Below, piece by piece: positions 39,248 through 52,149 of a DNA stretch of 64,000 bases. The notes beneath the pieces are model-generated. The model was not told the origin of the DNA. It ran no database searches and saw only the letters and a list, made by a program, of their open reading frames with translations. Numbering within the stretch: the stretch's first letter is position 1; every line of letters begins with the position of its first letter. Where the stretch lies: the NCBI GenBank assembly GCA_964016885.1, contig OZ024740.1, forward strand, positions 182,900,001 to 182,964,000, read 5' to 3'. Position numbers and translations under genes: made by a program. The stretch comes from Eledone cirrhosa (taxonomy: Eukaryota).

Positions 39248-39431
39248 TGTTTCTACTTTAGGCACAAGGCCAGCAGTTACCCAGTACATTACTGGTACTT
39301 TATTTTATCGACCCCGTAAGGATGAAAGGCAAAGTTAACCTCGGCGGGATTTGAACTCAGACTGTAAAGGGACGTAACTATGCTAGAAAGCATGGCGTCC
39401 GACCCTCTACCGATTCTGCCAATTCACCACC
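39248..39431 (-). mobile_element. tRNA-derived SINE (second family) with 14-bp TSD
   Basis: TSD CTTGTATCAATAAT at 39234-39247 and 39432-39445; minus-strand A box TGGCAGAATCGG and B box GAGTTCAAATCC. Confidence 0.9.
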
Positions 39432-40651
39432 CTTGTATCAATAATAAAAGCTAAAACTTAAAAACAAACGTATCATTATCTCAAGGGCAAGTAGATTAGC
39501 AAATTATTACAGCATTGGGCAAAGTACATGAAATATTTTAGTAACATTCCTTAAATCAACTGTACCCTCCTGCTAAATTTCTTGCCTTGTGACTTATGTT
39601 AGAAACTAGATTAATAGAATAATTATACCATCAGAGAATATGCTATGCAGTTTTTGTTCCTGCTGTTTTAATTCTGAGTTCAAATCCTGCCAATATCAAC
39701 TTTGCCTTTCATCTTTCCCAGTTCAACAAAAGAATGTACCAGTAAAGTACTCAGGTTGACTGTTATATTTATTGATATGAATGAGCAGTTAGTTATCTAG
39801 CTTAAAGAAACTATTTTTCAAAGTCTACAAGTCTGAAAATCAGCGATAAAAAATCACCAATACAACATGGCATCCATCATGACTGACAATGCACATGATC
39901 TCTCTCCCATATCAAGGGAGGTTACTGCATTTATACATTTTCGATTACAGATGCTTTACCAAAATGTGTGAACTTGTGCCAATGTTAGAAATTAGTAATA
40001 TAATTACAGGGGGTGATAAGGTAAATTCCAAAGTATTTATATAGTTAGTTTGCATTCATAGGCTAAATCCCATGGGGTTATTTTACCTTATATTTTTCAG
40101 GAATCAATAAAAAAAAAATGCACTATTATTAATTTAAAAATTCTTAATTTAAAAATTATTTTCATAACTTAAGAGGAAAAACAAGAGAACCTAGAACCAC
40201 TGAGAAGTGTGATAAGAAAGTAAGTTGTTCTTAAGCAAGACATTTAGACCAAATGTATGCAATAGTGTGGATTCTGCTAAATGCACCCAAGAACCATGTA
40301 GTAGGTTTGAACCAAGCAATAGGCTGATATTTTGCCAAAGTTAGAAATCATTATTATTATCTTGCATGAGCTTCATTTGTTTGTTTTGCTCAGCTTTCAG
40401 TTATATAGAAGTGCAAGAGATATGTGATATTGTATACACATCTTTGATGTGACAGAAGCTATCAGTAAAATTTCCAATGGTTGGCTTTCTTATTGAAAAA
40501 CTTTTTAGATTGCTTTCGCTACCTTATACTTGACTTCACTAAATACTTTACATCTTTTTTCCCCCTTTTTGCAATAACATGTTCAATGATATAATGTCCT
40601 CTATCATTCTTCTTCTACCATAGATACTCAGACATGCACACACATATATAC

Positions 40652-40698
<47 letters not shown>

Positions 40699-41839
40699 TA
40701 GGCACACATGCACGCACACACATATACAGTATATGCTTGTTTCATAATCTTCAGATTCATTCACATCACTAAAATATTATTTCTTCTTTGTTCTTTTTTA
40801 CTTTATATTCTTGTTGTGTAATGAGCAATGGAAAATGGCTTGACATTTGTTTCATATGCGCTGTAAGGTTGTCATCAATTAGTCTTTCTCTCTTTCGCTT
40901 TCATTATTTCATGTACATTATTTTTCCTTAACAATTGAACACAGTAGCTCTTCCATGTTTCTGTACTGCAATTGAATACCAGTATGTTCACATTATTTTC
41001 TATAGATCTCCCCAGTACCACCTCCACCTACTTTGCTTTGTTTAAAAATAAATATTTCATAATTCATTGTTCAAACACAGATTTTGAATTTACTTTGTTT
41101 TCAGTTTATTTCATTTGCTTCCAGCATAAAATTGATTTCTAACCCTAGATTTCATAGCTTTGTGTTCTATTTTCTATTCCTTCCTGTTTTCTGTTTTCCC
41201 ATTTTCTGAGTCTACTTTTAACATTATACCATAATATTTGTCATTCTTTTGAAATATGGACTGTTTCATAAATTCACTGACATTAGCAACCTTAAATATC
41301 TTTAATTCTCTTACTTGCTGTTAGTTTCTTCCTGCATAAGGTAATGATTTTCTGGGGGCAACAGTATTTTGTAATGTTCTTCAATGTTTTGTACTTAACA
41401 TAATGTTACATGGATTACAATTGCCTTAAACAACATTGTTGTACCAAATTTCCTTTCATACATTTATTCAGCAGGTGCAATAAATACGAATCTTTAATAT
41501 AGTCCCTTAGAATTTCAAGTCACACTTAAGGCAAAACCAGATTTTGTTGTAAGCTCAGGCTGGAGGTACAATATAATCAGCAATGTTTTTGCAACAATGA
41601 CTTGTAGAATTATTCAAATTCTATAACCTTAATTTTGAATAGTTCAGTTAGTGTCACTGACATTCTCTAGGGCCTCTAATAATGAGGTGTGTGTGTAGGG
41701 GGAGTAAGTCTGCTCCAAATGCTTGCAAAAGAGTGGATTTTGTTACAGGCATGCACCTCTCCTCACAGATCTCAACGTCTTCATCTGATGAGTTACAGAC
41801 GAGATATGCAACATCTGGTTTGATGACACCAGAAGTCAG

Positions 41840-42835
41840 CAGGCCGTCTTACCTGTCAAATATGGCAACCGCAGTTTCCTGTCTCACAGGATTTGCCTAC
41901 TTCCCTTTCATCAGTAATCTCAGAGATCTCTTGCGATATCCTCATCAACACAACTCAACCTTCTGTGATTGAGGAGCGCAACACAGCCTATGCAGCATGG
42001 AACCAGATTGACTTCCACCCTGTGAACTTCAATCCGTCTCTCCCCTCCGTAGACGTTCAGTCAACCCCCCTCCCCCCACGAAAAAAAAATGGGATGCCAC
42101 CCGTTGCAACATGATTTCAGACATCCTGGTGTGCTGGCTCTACCAGCACCAGCTCTCATGTTTCTGCTTGGCCTCCCAACCCCACAGTGGTGCCTGGCTC
42201 AATGCAGCTCCATTACTCATGACTGCTACTCAGCTGGACAGTGACTGTTTGCACATCAGTGTTTCCCTGAGGCTCAACCTCCCTGCACATCAGTGAGCCT
42301 CACAAATTCCTTTGCAGTACAACTGTGAATCCTTTTGGTCTCTCCCCACTGTCATGTCACTACAGTGCTGGCTGCCTCCTTTGCCATGCTGCTCTCAGTG
42401 AGACCATAAAGCATAGCCTGGATGGTGCAGGCCTCCCATCCCAGCTCAAACCAGCTTGACCGAGAGGATGGCAAAAGTCCAGACATTGTGACTATCTTCC
42501 CATTCTGTGGGAGTAGGCCCCTCATCTGGAATGCTACATGCAGTGACACATCTAATGGCAACATGGTACATTCGGCTACCAGGCTGAAGTGGACAAACTG
42601 TCCAAGTATCAGCTGCTCTCTGATAGGTTTGTGGTAGAGCCTGTAACAGTGGAGACTTCTGGTGTCTGTGTCATCTGGGGCAATATATTCTCCATCCTGT
42701 CAACTTGGACTCACAGGCAGAAGGTAAGTTAGTTGGAGGTGGAGGATACTCGATCGGATGTCACAGATTTCCCCTCCTCACCCCACTTTCACTCACTAAT
42801 CTAACTTGATCTATGAATAAATAAAAGTAAAATAA
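41840..42835 (+). mobile_element. 3' relic of a CRE-clade non-LTR retrotransposon (restriction-like endonuclease)
   Basis: HSGAWLNAAP...LHISVSLRLNLP and LDREDGKSPDIVTIFPF...LIWNATCSDT resemble the CRE pattern SGAWL...LRLG...DGKRPDG.T..P....L.WD.TC.DT; A-rich tail. Confidence 0.8.
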
Positions 42836-43464
42836 GTTCCTGCAATTTGTAAAAAAACAATTAATAAACAATTGAAGATTATATCACATGCTATCAATCA
42901 CACATATGTCTAATTGTGTGCAGAATTATCAACTCTTAAAAATATTATTCACAGCCAAACACTCATATCTTGATTAGATTTTACTTAATTTCACAACACA
43001 CCTAGAGATGATCAGTAACATAATAAAGTGCTACAATACTCTTCCTCTCTGCTGAACAACTGATAAGGTATGATTAGTTGTGTTTGTTATATGTTGGAAG
43101 GGTCATGTTGTTAATAAAAACACATGCATCCCATGAGTTTCATTTTTAATTAGGTAACTAATCTATTCCTAGATTATCTTAATAACCAGATGGTTGTTTA
43201 ATTGTCTAACCAAGGAATAGATTAACTACCTAACCTATAATTGAGTCCTTGGCACTAGGATCACCTCCCTACCCACCACCATCTGCACAGAGTTGGCTAC
43301 CCGCATGTGTGAGCCTTGTGAGCTGGAATGGCTCTTCCAGTGTGTCTCTCTTAGCATCCTCTGGGGTAACACCTTCTCTATTCTGTCTACCAGGCCCTTT
43401 AAAATTTACACACACACACAATCATACTTATATGTACACAATGCATTTCCTATATCAGCTATGT

Positions 43465-44585
43465 TGCATTCCTTGGGACCTGCGTTGGAAGGTTCTGCAG
43501 GAGTATGGGATCGATGGTGAGCTTCTTGCTTCCTTCATACCTCTATACCTGAGTATTTGTGATTCGATAGGTGGTGTTAAATCGAACCCATTGAAAGTGG
43601 GAGTCAGACTCCACCAAAGGTACGTACTGTCACCTCTCTTGTTCATTATTTATGTGAACAGGATCAACATGTGCAGCCAGGTTGGAATTGATATCATGAC
43701 TGGTGAATGTAAAATCCGTCAGATAGAATTTGCAAAGGACATGGTGTTACTTAACTCGACAGAAGGTGATCTTCGACTTGCACTCTATAGGTTTGATTCC
43801 AAGTGCTGCGTAGCTGGAATGAAAATCAGTGCTCTGAAAACTGAGACACTTGTCCTCTAAAGGAAGCTTGTGTAGAACACTCCACATGTAAATGGAGTTC
43901 CACTGAAGCAGGTAGAAAAGTTAAAGCATCTCAGGACCATCTTCATGAGTGGTGGAAGGCAGAAGGCTGAATTAAGTGTAAGGATAGCAGGAACTGGTGC
44001 AGTAATGTGCCAACTTCAGCATTCAGTAATCAGGGGTAAAAGCCAAAATCGTTATCTTCAATTCAGTAATAGTGCCAACCCTTACGTATGGTCATAAATC
44101 TTGGGTAATGACTGAAAGAATACAATCGTGAATAAAAGTGACCGAAATTGGATTCCATCAAAGTGTCTTTGAAATAATGTTACTTGATGTAGTGCATAGC
44201 TTGGAGTTAAGAGAGTCACTCCAGGTAGAGGTGCTACTTCTCCGAATTGAGAGATCACAGCTCAGATACTATGGACATGGGGTTAATATGTCTAAAGAAT
44301 GAGTCGCTGGATAGATTTTATAGGCAAAAACCAACTGGCAGGTGACTTAGGATTAGACCCGGAGGAAGATGTTTGGATAAAATCCTTGATCTTATCTGGT
44401 CTTGGGGATCCAACCAGTTTAGTTGGAGATGGTTGCTTCTGACTGGACCTGCTGGAAGGAGTGTTTGAGTAATCTTCCTCCACAACTGTCCTATGAATAA
44501 GTGGGCAAAGGAGGAGGAGGAGGAGGAGGAGGAGAAGAAGAAGAAGAAGAAGAAGAAGAAGAAGAAGAAGAAGAAGAAGAAGAAT
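43465..44585 (+). mobile_element. Degraded RTE-clade LINE of a different lineage (no Cys insert) with (GAG)/(AAG)n tail
   Basis: VGVRLHQRYVLSPLLFIIY, EFAKDMVLL, MKISALKTE, PTLTYGH and QLRYYGH remnants. Confidence 0.8.
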
Positions 44586-46178
44586 CAGCAGCAGAAGCAT
44601 CCTCATTAAAAAAACCACATTGACAAATGTAGAAACATCCACCAACATATTACCATAACTATTAAAGCCAGTGATAGAAATGTGTGCAAAGAAGCCTTGC
44701 TCATATGTAGACTCAACCTGCAAATAAATATTAGATTAGAACTCAGCACACAGTACTTGACAGAAAAAGACACACCTAAACAATTCATATAAAAAGAAAA
44801 TTGATTTCATGAAATACTACATTGGCAATTGACATCATTCACATGGAAAGCGAAATAACCGTCAAAAAACGCTTGAAAGCGACTTAGAAAAAATTTAAAT
44901 CAGAATCAAAGTTTAATCCCAAAGAGAGGAAATTGAATATTATCCACTGAAAGTTCCTTAAACCGTGAAGAAGGGATTTTAAGGTCCCGAAATATTCGAC
45001 AGATAAAAGAAGAACAACAAAAAAAGAAACAAAAAAAAAACAAAGATTACCAAGTAACTTACTTTTACTTTTCGTTACCTCATCTTACAGTCCATTTTGC
45101 ATTGTTTAGCCTTCTATCTCTTTCAAGCAAACTACATTTTATATATTTATTCATGTATTTATGTATATAAATATATTTATATTATGAAGTCTGATCTAGT
45201 AGCATAATATTCATGTTTCCTGGATGCATGGTTGGTTTCTAATATGGAATTGATTAATCTTTCCCCCATTCAACCAAACCATATCCACACAAAAATAATA
45301 TAGATAAATATAAATTCATTAATTGTAAATTTTTATATCTCATCTCTTCATTCCATTCTGTTTTACTCACTACTGATTTTCATATAGGATCACACTTTAG
45401 ATGACATAAATGATTTGGTCCATATGAAGTAAATATATTAAATACATATATAAACTCAGTTTAGGTGACCTAAATATAATCACTAAAAATGTTTTGGTGA
45501 ATTGTTTTATCCATTTACTGATTCTAGTCATTGGACACCAGTTATGCTGAAGTAAACATTCAAGGTTTCAGTTTTCTCTATAGTGGATCATAACAGCCAG
45601 GTACTTAGACCTTTGATGAATTTTGCAAGCTTTTTTAATATAAGTATGAACATTTTGAAATGGGTGGCTTTGTATGATAGAATCAGAGGCGGTTTCAGGC
45701 GGCTTTTAAATTTCACTTAGAGAGAGAATATATTCAATATAAAATATATATATAATAAATTATTATAAATTATCAAAAAAAAAAAAACAACAACTTATAT
45801 TGTGGAAATCCAGATCTTTGTTATGGAATGCACAGGAGGAACAGTTGTCTAGAGCATTCAGAGAGATGAATATGAAAATAGGATAGTATTACTGCTGTTT
45901 ATTGTATAATTTTCTGCATTCAAAAAGTGTATTATGATTATTATGCACTGGGTAATTGCTGGCCTTGTGCTAAAAGTAGAAACAATTACCGTTATTCGTA
46001 GAGTTATGGCCCTTTACGTTCTGAGTTCAAATCCCGCTGTGGTTAGCTTTGCCTTTCATCCTTACAGGGTTGACAAAATAGAGTACCAGTACGCACGGGG
46101 GTTGATTTGATCGACTTTCCTTTCCCTTTTACATTGCTGGCCTTGTGGCTATAGTAGAAACAATTATTATTATTGCTG

Positions 46179-46226
<48 letters not shown>

Positions 46227-46744
46227 TTACTACTACTACTACTATTTTGTTTCTGCTTTTAAAATAAAGTAGATATAATAAAATATTTAAGACAAAAATT
46301 TACAAGAAATAGATGTTTCAATAGAAGGCAGCAGAGTATTACAATAATAATAGAAACTACAAGAAACACATTCCTATGATTAAATTAGTCAGGATGTAAT
46401 AGTTATTCTCATAACATTCATTATCAGTATAGAACACTATTCCTCAGCCACTTTGCCGATAATTGCACTAATGTTAGCATTAGGAATGTTGCCTAATTAA
46501 AAAAGCAAAAAAGAAATGTTGATGTTAATAAATGAATTTGGTGTTAATAAAAATGTTTAAACATTCAATTTAAATAATTGAAAGAATCCTCCACATACAG
46601 CCAAGTAAAACTCCAAAATGTTTAAATATATGTATTGATTAAAATGTTAACTAAATCCATCTACAGTAAAACAGGTCTCAAGGCTTTAAAATATTTAGTA
46701 ACGGTGACATAATGATGCATATTTAGCTTTACACAAAAAAACAA

Positions 46745-46776
<32 letters not shown>

Positions 46777-46998
46777 ATGAATTTACATGATGAATAATGT
46801 TTATATTTGAAAATAAAGGCTTTTATGAAGTGATGGTGATCAGTATTTTAATATAGGACACTATGAAAATAGTTATGGTAAGGAGCGTATATAAACAGTG
46901 GTAGATAAGAGTGAGGGTGTAAGAAGTGTGTATACCAACCTCTCTCTGTATATATATATATAATAAGATAGTAATTTTCATGTATTTATTTTTATTTG

Positions 46999-47106
46999 TG
47001 TTACATACATTTCACAGAGGATTGACTCAAGCAGATCGACACTGGAGTCAGGTCCATAACTTCCATGGAGGACCTTGAGCCAATCCTCTGTGAAACACAT
47101 GTAACA
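46999..47106. repeat. Small fold-back element (33-bp arms)
   Basis: tgttacatacatttcacagaggattgactcaag pairs with cttgagccaatcctctgtgaaacacatgtaaca. Confidence 0.8.
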
Positions 47107-47224
47107 GGTTGATACATAATAAAAACATAAATACATACAAACATCTTCTTATTATATACTATCTGCCTGTGCATCGTGTGCTCATATTGGTGCCACCACC
47201 AGTATTTTGCTGAAGCACATACAC

Positions 47225-47276
<52 letters not shown>

Positions 47277-47689
47277 GACATTAATATTTGTTACATAATG
47301 TTAGTTACAAGTGGAACACCAGTTTGAGCACTCGATGCTGTTATAAAGGTTTAACTATTGTGGTGGATTTCTACACCTGTATTACCAATGTTTATAAGTA
47401 GCTGTAACATGCAGAGTGTTAATAAGGAGCAGGCAGGAACAAAGTATCTACATTGCCTCATATACATATTTTATTCACATATGACATGTGTTTCCTTAGC
47501 AATCAGTTCAAGGTATGGCTGATTATGATCGGGCCTAAATCTGTAATTAGTAGCTTCTAAGATATGTGTGTCTATATGTGTAAATACATTAACACATAAA
47601 AACACACATATCTGAGGAGCTATTAATCACAATGTCGAACTGATCGTGATTGATGATACCTTGAGGTATTTTGTGTGATGCTTTTGACA

Positions 47690-48292
47690 GTAAAGGAAAA
47701 CAAATAGTAGGAGTTCCTGAGGGATAAACTGCTGAAGGTGACAAATGAGATCTGTTGTTGAAGAACAATTAAGGCCAAGAGACAGGCATAGAAATAATGG
47801 CTGAATGGAGGAAGTAGAGAACACTATAAGAATGCAAGAAGAAGATAGACAACAAGAATACTTTGCAAGGAGGGAAGCAGAAAAGATCAAATTTAAGCAT
47901 ATCTTGCAGTATGAGGACCGAAGACGTGACGTGTTTGGCATTGCAAGACAGTGTCAGGGAAAATTGGGGAGAAGTGTGTCCGAGATGATAACGGTGTACT
48001 GTCGTTAAATAGAAAGTAGCATGGAAGATTGTTAATGAGGAGATTGCATAGTAGGAAGAGGGTCTGCCGAAAGTGATCCCGGCACAAGGAATGGCCATGC
48101 AAGTGAGTAGTAGCATAGAAAGACAATTAAGGATATGAAAATAGGCAAAGCAGCTGAACCATCGGAGATAGTTGCTGAGATGCTGAAACCATCTATGATA
48201 GTGGATCATACTTTAACCATGGTTACTGCAAGCTAAGTAATGCAAAATGGTGTTATACCAATAACTGGTGTAACATCATCATCAACTGTTAA
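47690..48292 (+). mobile_element. Internal RTE relic
   Basis: ARREAEKIKFKHILQYEDRRRDVFGIARQC and MKIGKAAEPSEIVAEMLK match copy A. Confidence 0.85.
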
Positions 48293-50939
48293 ACTAATAT
48301 ATTTCTTTATTGTGCTGTATTGTTTGCTGTGTTGTTTTCCATTTATATATATATATATATATCTGTTTTTAAATTTAAGAAAAGGAGGGCAGTTGAGAGG
48401 ACCCTTCAGTTATGCCATGGCATGAAAATCTCTCTAATGTTGGTGATCTACACAATGAACATACCAAGTTCACATTATAAAGTGGTTCATGAAAGGAAGG
48501 GCATCAAGCCGTATAAAAGCTTGCCAACAAAGGATTGGGAGGACACTTGAGTTGTGTCAAGGACATGACAGCCTCACTAGCATTGGTGATCAACACAATA
48601 AATGCACCCAGTACATGCTGTAAAGTGGTTGGAGATAGGAAGGGCATCATGCTGTAGAAAACTTGTAAAACAAAGAGTTGGGAAGACCCTTCAATTGTGT
48701 CAAAGATATGACAACCTCTCCTGTGCACTCGGTAGTATATGAGACAATACATAAGCAAAATGCAGATCCATGGCCTAACTGGGACATCAATGTAGGCTAG
48801 ATGCTTTTTGTCAGGATACCTAGATGACCACTTCACAATGTGGGCAGGGTGCTTTTTCTTGGGACACCTACACAACCACTTTACAGTGTGGGATGGATGC
48901 TTTTTTGTTGTGATACCAACATAACTTTACAGTGTAAGGATGGTATGGACAGAAATGGGTGGATGCTGAAGAGTGGGAGGTGCATGAAAGGGGCTATAGT
49001 TGATAAGAGGTTCCTAGTAGATGTATGTCTGAGTTCCTGAGCATGGGGAGGCATGGTTGTTTATCTATATATCATGGCAAAAAGCGCCCAGCCCACATTG
49101 TAAAGGGGTCATGTAGGCATCACAACAAAAAGCACCCTGCACTCACTGTAAGATTGGCATTAGGAAGGACATCAAGTTGTAGTAACCAAGCCACAATCAG
49201 TTTTGTATGAGTAAGACAGTCACATGACCTAGCATTGCGCACAACAGGACAACTCAACTAATTCATGATAGCATGGAAAAATGATGTGAAATAGTGATGA
49301 TGATGATAATCATCATCATATGTATATATATATATAAACATGTGTTCAACCCTTGCAAGCAAGGAAAACCAAATGAATGTATGGCGATGCTGATGACACT
49401 GTGTGTGTGCATTTGTGGTTATGATATATCTTTAAAAAATTCAATAATCTACACAAATATTAGAAAAAACTGAATAAAATAAGTATAGTAATATAATATT
49501 TAATTGAAATTGTAACATTACTATTACGACTGAGTTTAAGTTTCTGGAGTTTGGGGTTGTTGGTGAACAAAGAATAGAAAAGGAATATAGTGGAAGGGAA
49601 AGAGAGAATAAAGATATAGATGTTTAAAGCAAGCATATAATATATTTTTAAAAGATGAGAGAAGAATAGCGAGAAAGTAAGACAAGTAAAGCAAAAAGAA
49701 GGAAAGAATAAACTATTTCTGAAAGATCTTAAAATATTTTGACATAGAAACACTATGCAAGCAACAATTATAAACTATTAAATATAAATTCCTAAAGATT
49801 TAAAATTATTTATAGAAAATTATTTCAAAAGTCTATAATCAAAACACAAGTTATTTTACTTTATAATAGATATATACCCAATAGAAACAAGTGGAGGGAT
49901 GTGGCCTTGTGGTAAGCATGTTGGACTTATCATCATATCATGTGTTCAATTCCTGGACTGGTTGCTTTGAATAAAACACTTCCTTTTGTGTTGCTGCAGT
50001 AAACTCAGCTGAAAAGGTATATCAGCAATATAGAGGTTTAACCCTGTGATATACTGGCATCCTGCCCAGGGGAGTGTCTTGTACTCTCAGTTGCTTCCTG
50101 CAATAGAAACTGAGATAAACACTAGTCTGATAAGCTTCTGGGCTCAAAACAGACATTAGATGAAAGAAATATTATCAGACATGATTTGTAGCATGTAATT
50201 ACATCTTTTATACTCTGAGTTCAAATCCTGCTGAAGTTAGCTTTACCTTTCATTCTGACAGGGACAATAATGTACCAGTAATGCACTGGTGTTGATTTAT
50301 TCGACTTTCCCCTCCTACAAAACTGTTGGTCTTGTACCTATATCAGAAACCATTCCATATAGTATTCTCTTAACATATATTTGATATTTTGCAATTGCAG
50401 TTTACATAGATTTTCTATATCAAGTTATGATACAATCATTCTAAGAGATATTTTATTATTTTTCTTTTCTTATCTTCACTTTATTTTCTTCTAATTTTTA
50501 GATATACTCTATATATAAGTATTCTTAAAAGCGTGTATTATATATTCAAACCAGTCATTTCTCTTTTCAATTATTTCTTTATTTTACCCTTTCGTCATCT
50601 ATTTTTTCAATTACATATATCATTAATGTAGTCTCCTTTTAAATCAATATATTATATTGCTCTAAGCTTCTTTATTATTCTCTTTATTTTAATTTCTTCT
50701 ATCTTCATTTCCTTTTCCTCCTTTCTCTGGTTTTACTTTTTGTTTTTCTGTTTTTCCTAGATTACTTCATATTTCCTATTCATAACCAGATTTTGTATCT
50801 CTATTAACCCTATAGAATCCCAACAACAAACCAAATTCCTAGTAATTTTCAAGTACTTCACGACATTTCAATGATATAACTATTTATCTATATATTCTCG
50901 GGTGTTTTCAAGTCCAGCAGTCGCAGAGCAGTGGGAGGG

Positions 50940-50983
50940 ATCGTCCTGACGATGGCCAGTCAAGCCTGAAATGCATAGACGGT
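50940..50983 (+). ncRNA. Minimal type I hammerhead ribozyme motif (PLE-type)
   Basis: ATCGTC-CTGACGA-tGGC cagtcaa GCCt-GAAA-TGCA-TA-GACGGT: stem I 6 bp, palindromic loop III, predicted cleavage after 50977; first stem II pair is U-U. Confidence 0.7.
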
Positions 50984-51149
50984 TGTCCCCCTTGTTCTGC
51001 TGGACAACACCAGAGGGCGTTAGCCCCCCCCCCGGTGTTCGCATAGCTACGGCTTCCTAAAATCGTATTTCTTTCGAAATACGAAATTTTCTATACATAT
51101 TGTATAAAGCTATGCATGAAGCGAAATCCGATTTGTTTTATATATATAT

Positions 51150-51866
51150 AATAGTGTATATATTTTATCAAATGATTCTATGGACATAATTTATGATATA
51201 TTGCTCTGATTATTTAATTTATTAATTCCTCATTGAGCCACATCGTGATCGGTTGCCACATATATATCTGTGACTTTGTGTATATGTAAATCTTAATATT
51301 TAATAATCTCCCATTCGGTTGAGATGCAATTTGGGCGATATTGGGCTGCGCTTTCTAGCAACCAGCCTACTCGCCGTAAGCAACTAATCACATTATTTCT
51401 AACTTGACCACTGCCACGTCACGATTCTTAGCCATTTTAAAAATCTAGTTCTGGCGGGGATCGCTTTGGAAAATTAACTGTCCTATTGAGTTTGTCTCCT
51501 GATGAGTTCGATACTCGAGATTTATCCTTAATAGGATATCTCAAAATACGAACGAAACCATGGTAGGGACGTAACCACGGTAGGAATGTATGCGTTTCTT
51601 CTAACTTTAAATTTATACCTAATTTAGTATGGTTGACGGTATATTTAGTCAATTTCTACATGCTGTTGAAATGTTGGGTAAATATTTTATTGCGGTCGGC
51701 CGCGAAGAGGCCACTTTCGTTTATTTATCAAATATTTCTTCATAGGAGCCTTTATTCTTATAGCCTGGTCTAATTGATTTTTTTATGTGGTTAATTATGC
51801 TAATTGGGAGAGGAAATAGTGTATATATTTTATCAAATGATTCTATGGACATAATTTATGATATAT
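51150..51866 (+). mobile_element. Non-coding hammerhead-bearing element with 52-bp terminal direct repeat, inserted in (TA)n
   Basis: 51150-51201 repeated at 51815-51866 (period 665 bp); (TA)n on both flanks; hammerhead in the middle; no meaningful ORF. Confidence 0.7.
51494..51570 (+). ncRNA. Type I hammerhead ribozyme with canonical core
   Basis: Stem I GTCTC/GGGAC, CTGATGA, stem II GTTCG/CGAAC with extended inner hairpin, GAAA, palindromic stem III ACCATGGT, GUA cleavage triplet (after 51565). Confidence 0.85.
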
Positions 51867-51875
51867 ATATATATA

Positions 51876-52104
51876 TAACAAAGGAATTGTGGTAAGGAAC
51901 CAAATAGACCATAACGCACCAGAGTACTCAATACTTTGGGTAGTAGAGTGGGAAATTGGAAAAAGTATGACCAGAATTAGCCGTCGAAACGACTTGAGCT
52001 CAGCCGTCGGGGTCCTACTTGCTCCTATTACCCACTCTACTACCCTAAGTATTGAGTACTTTGGTGCGTTATGGTCCATCTGGTACCTTACCACATATCC
52101 TTCG

Positions 52105-52107
<3 letters not shown>
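51876..52107. mobile_element. Fold-back MITE in (TA)n
   Basis: ~95-bp imperfect TIRs (gaccataacgcaccagagtactcaatact / agtattgagtactttggtgcgttatggtc) with a short spacer; TA flanks. Confidence 0.85.
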
Positions 52108-52146
<39 letters not shown>

Positions 52147-52149
52147 TGT

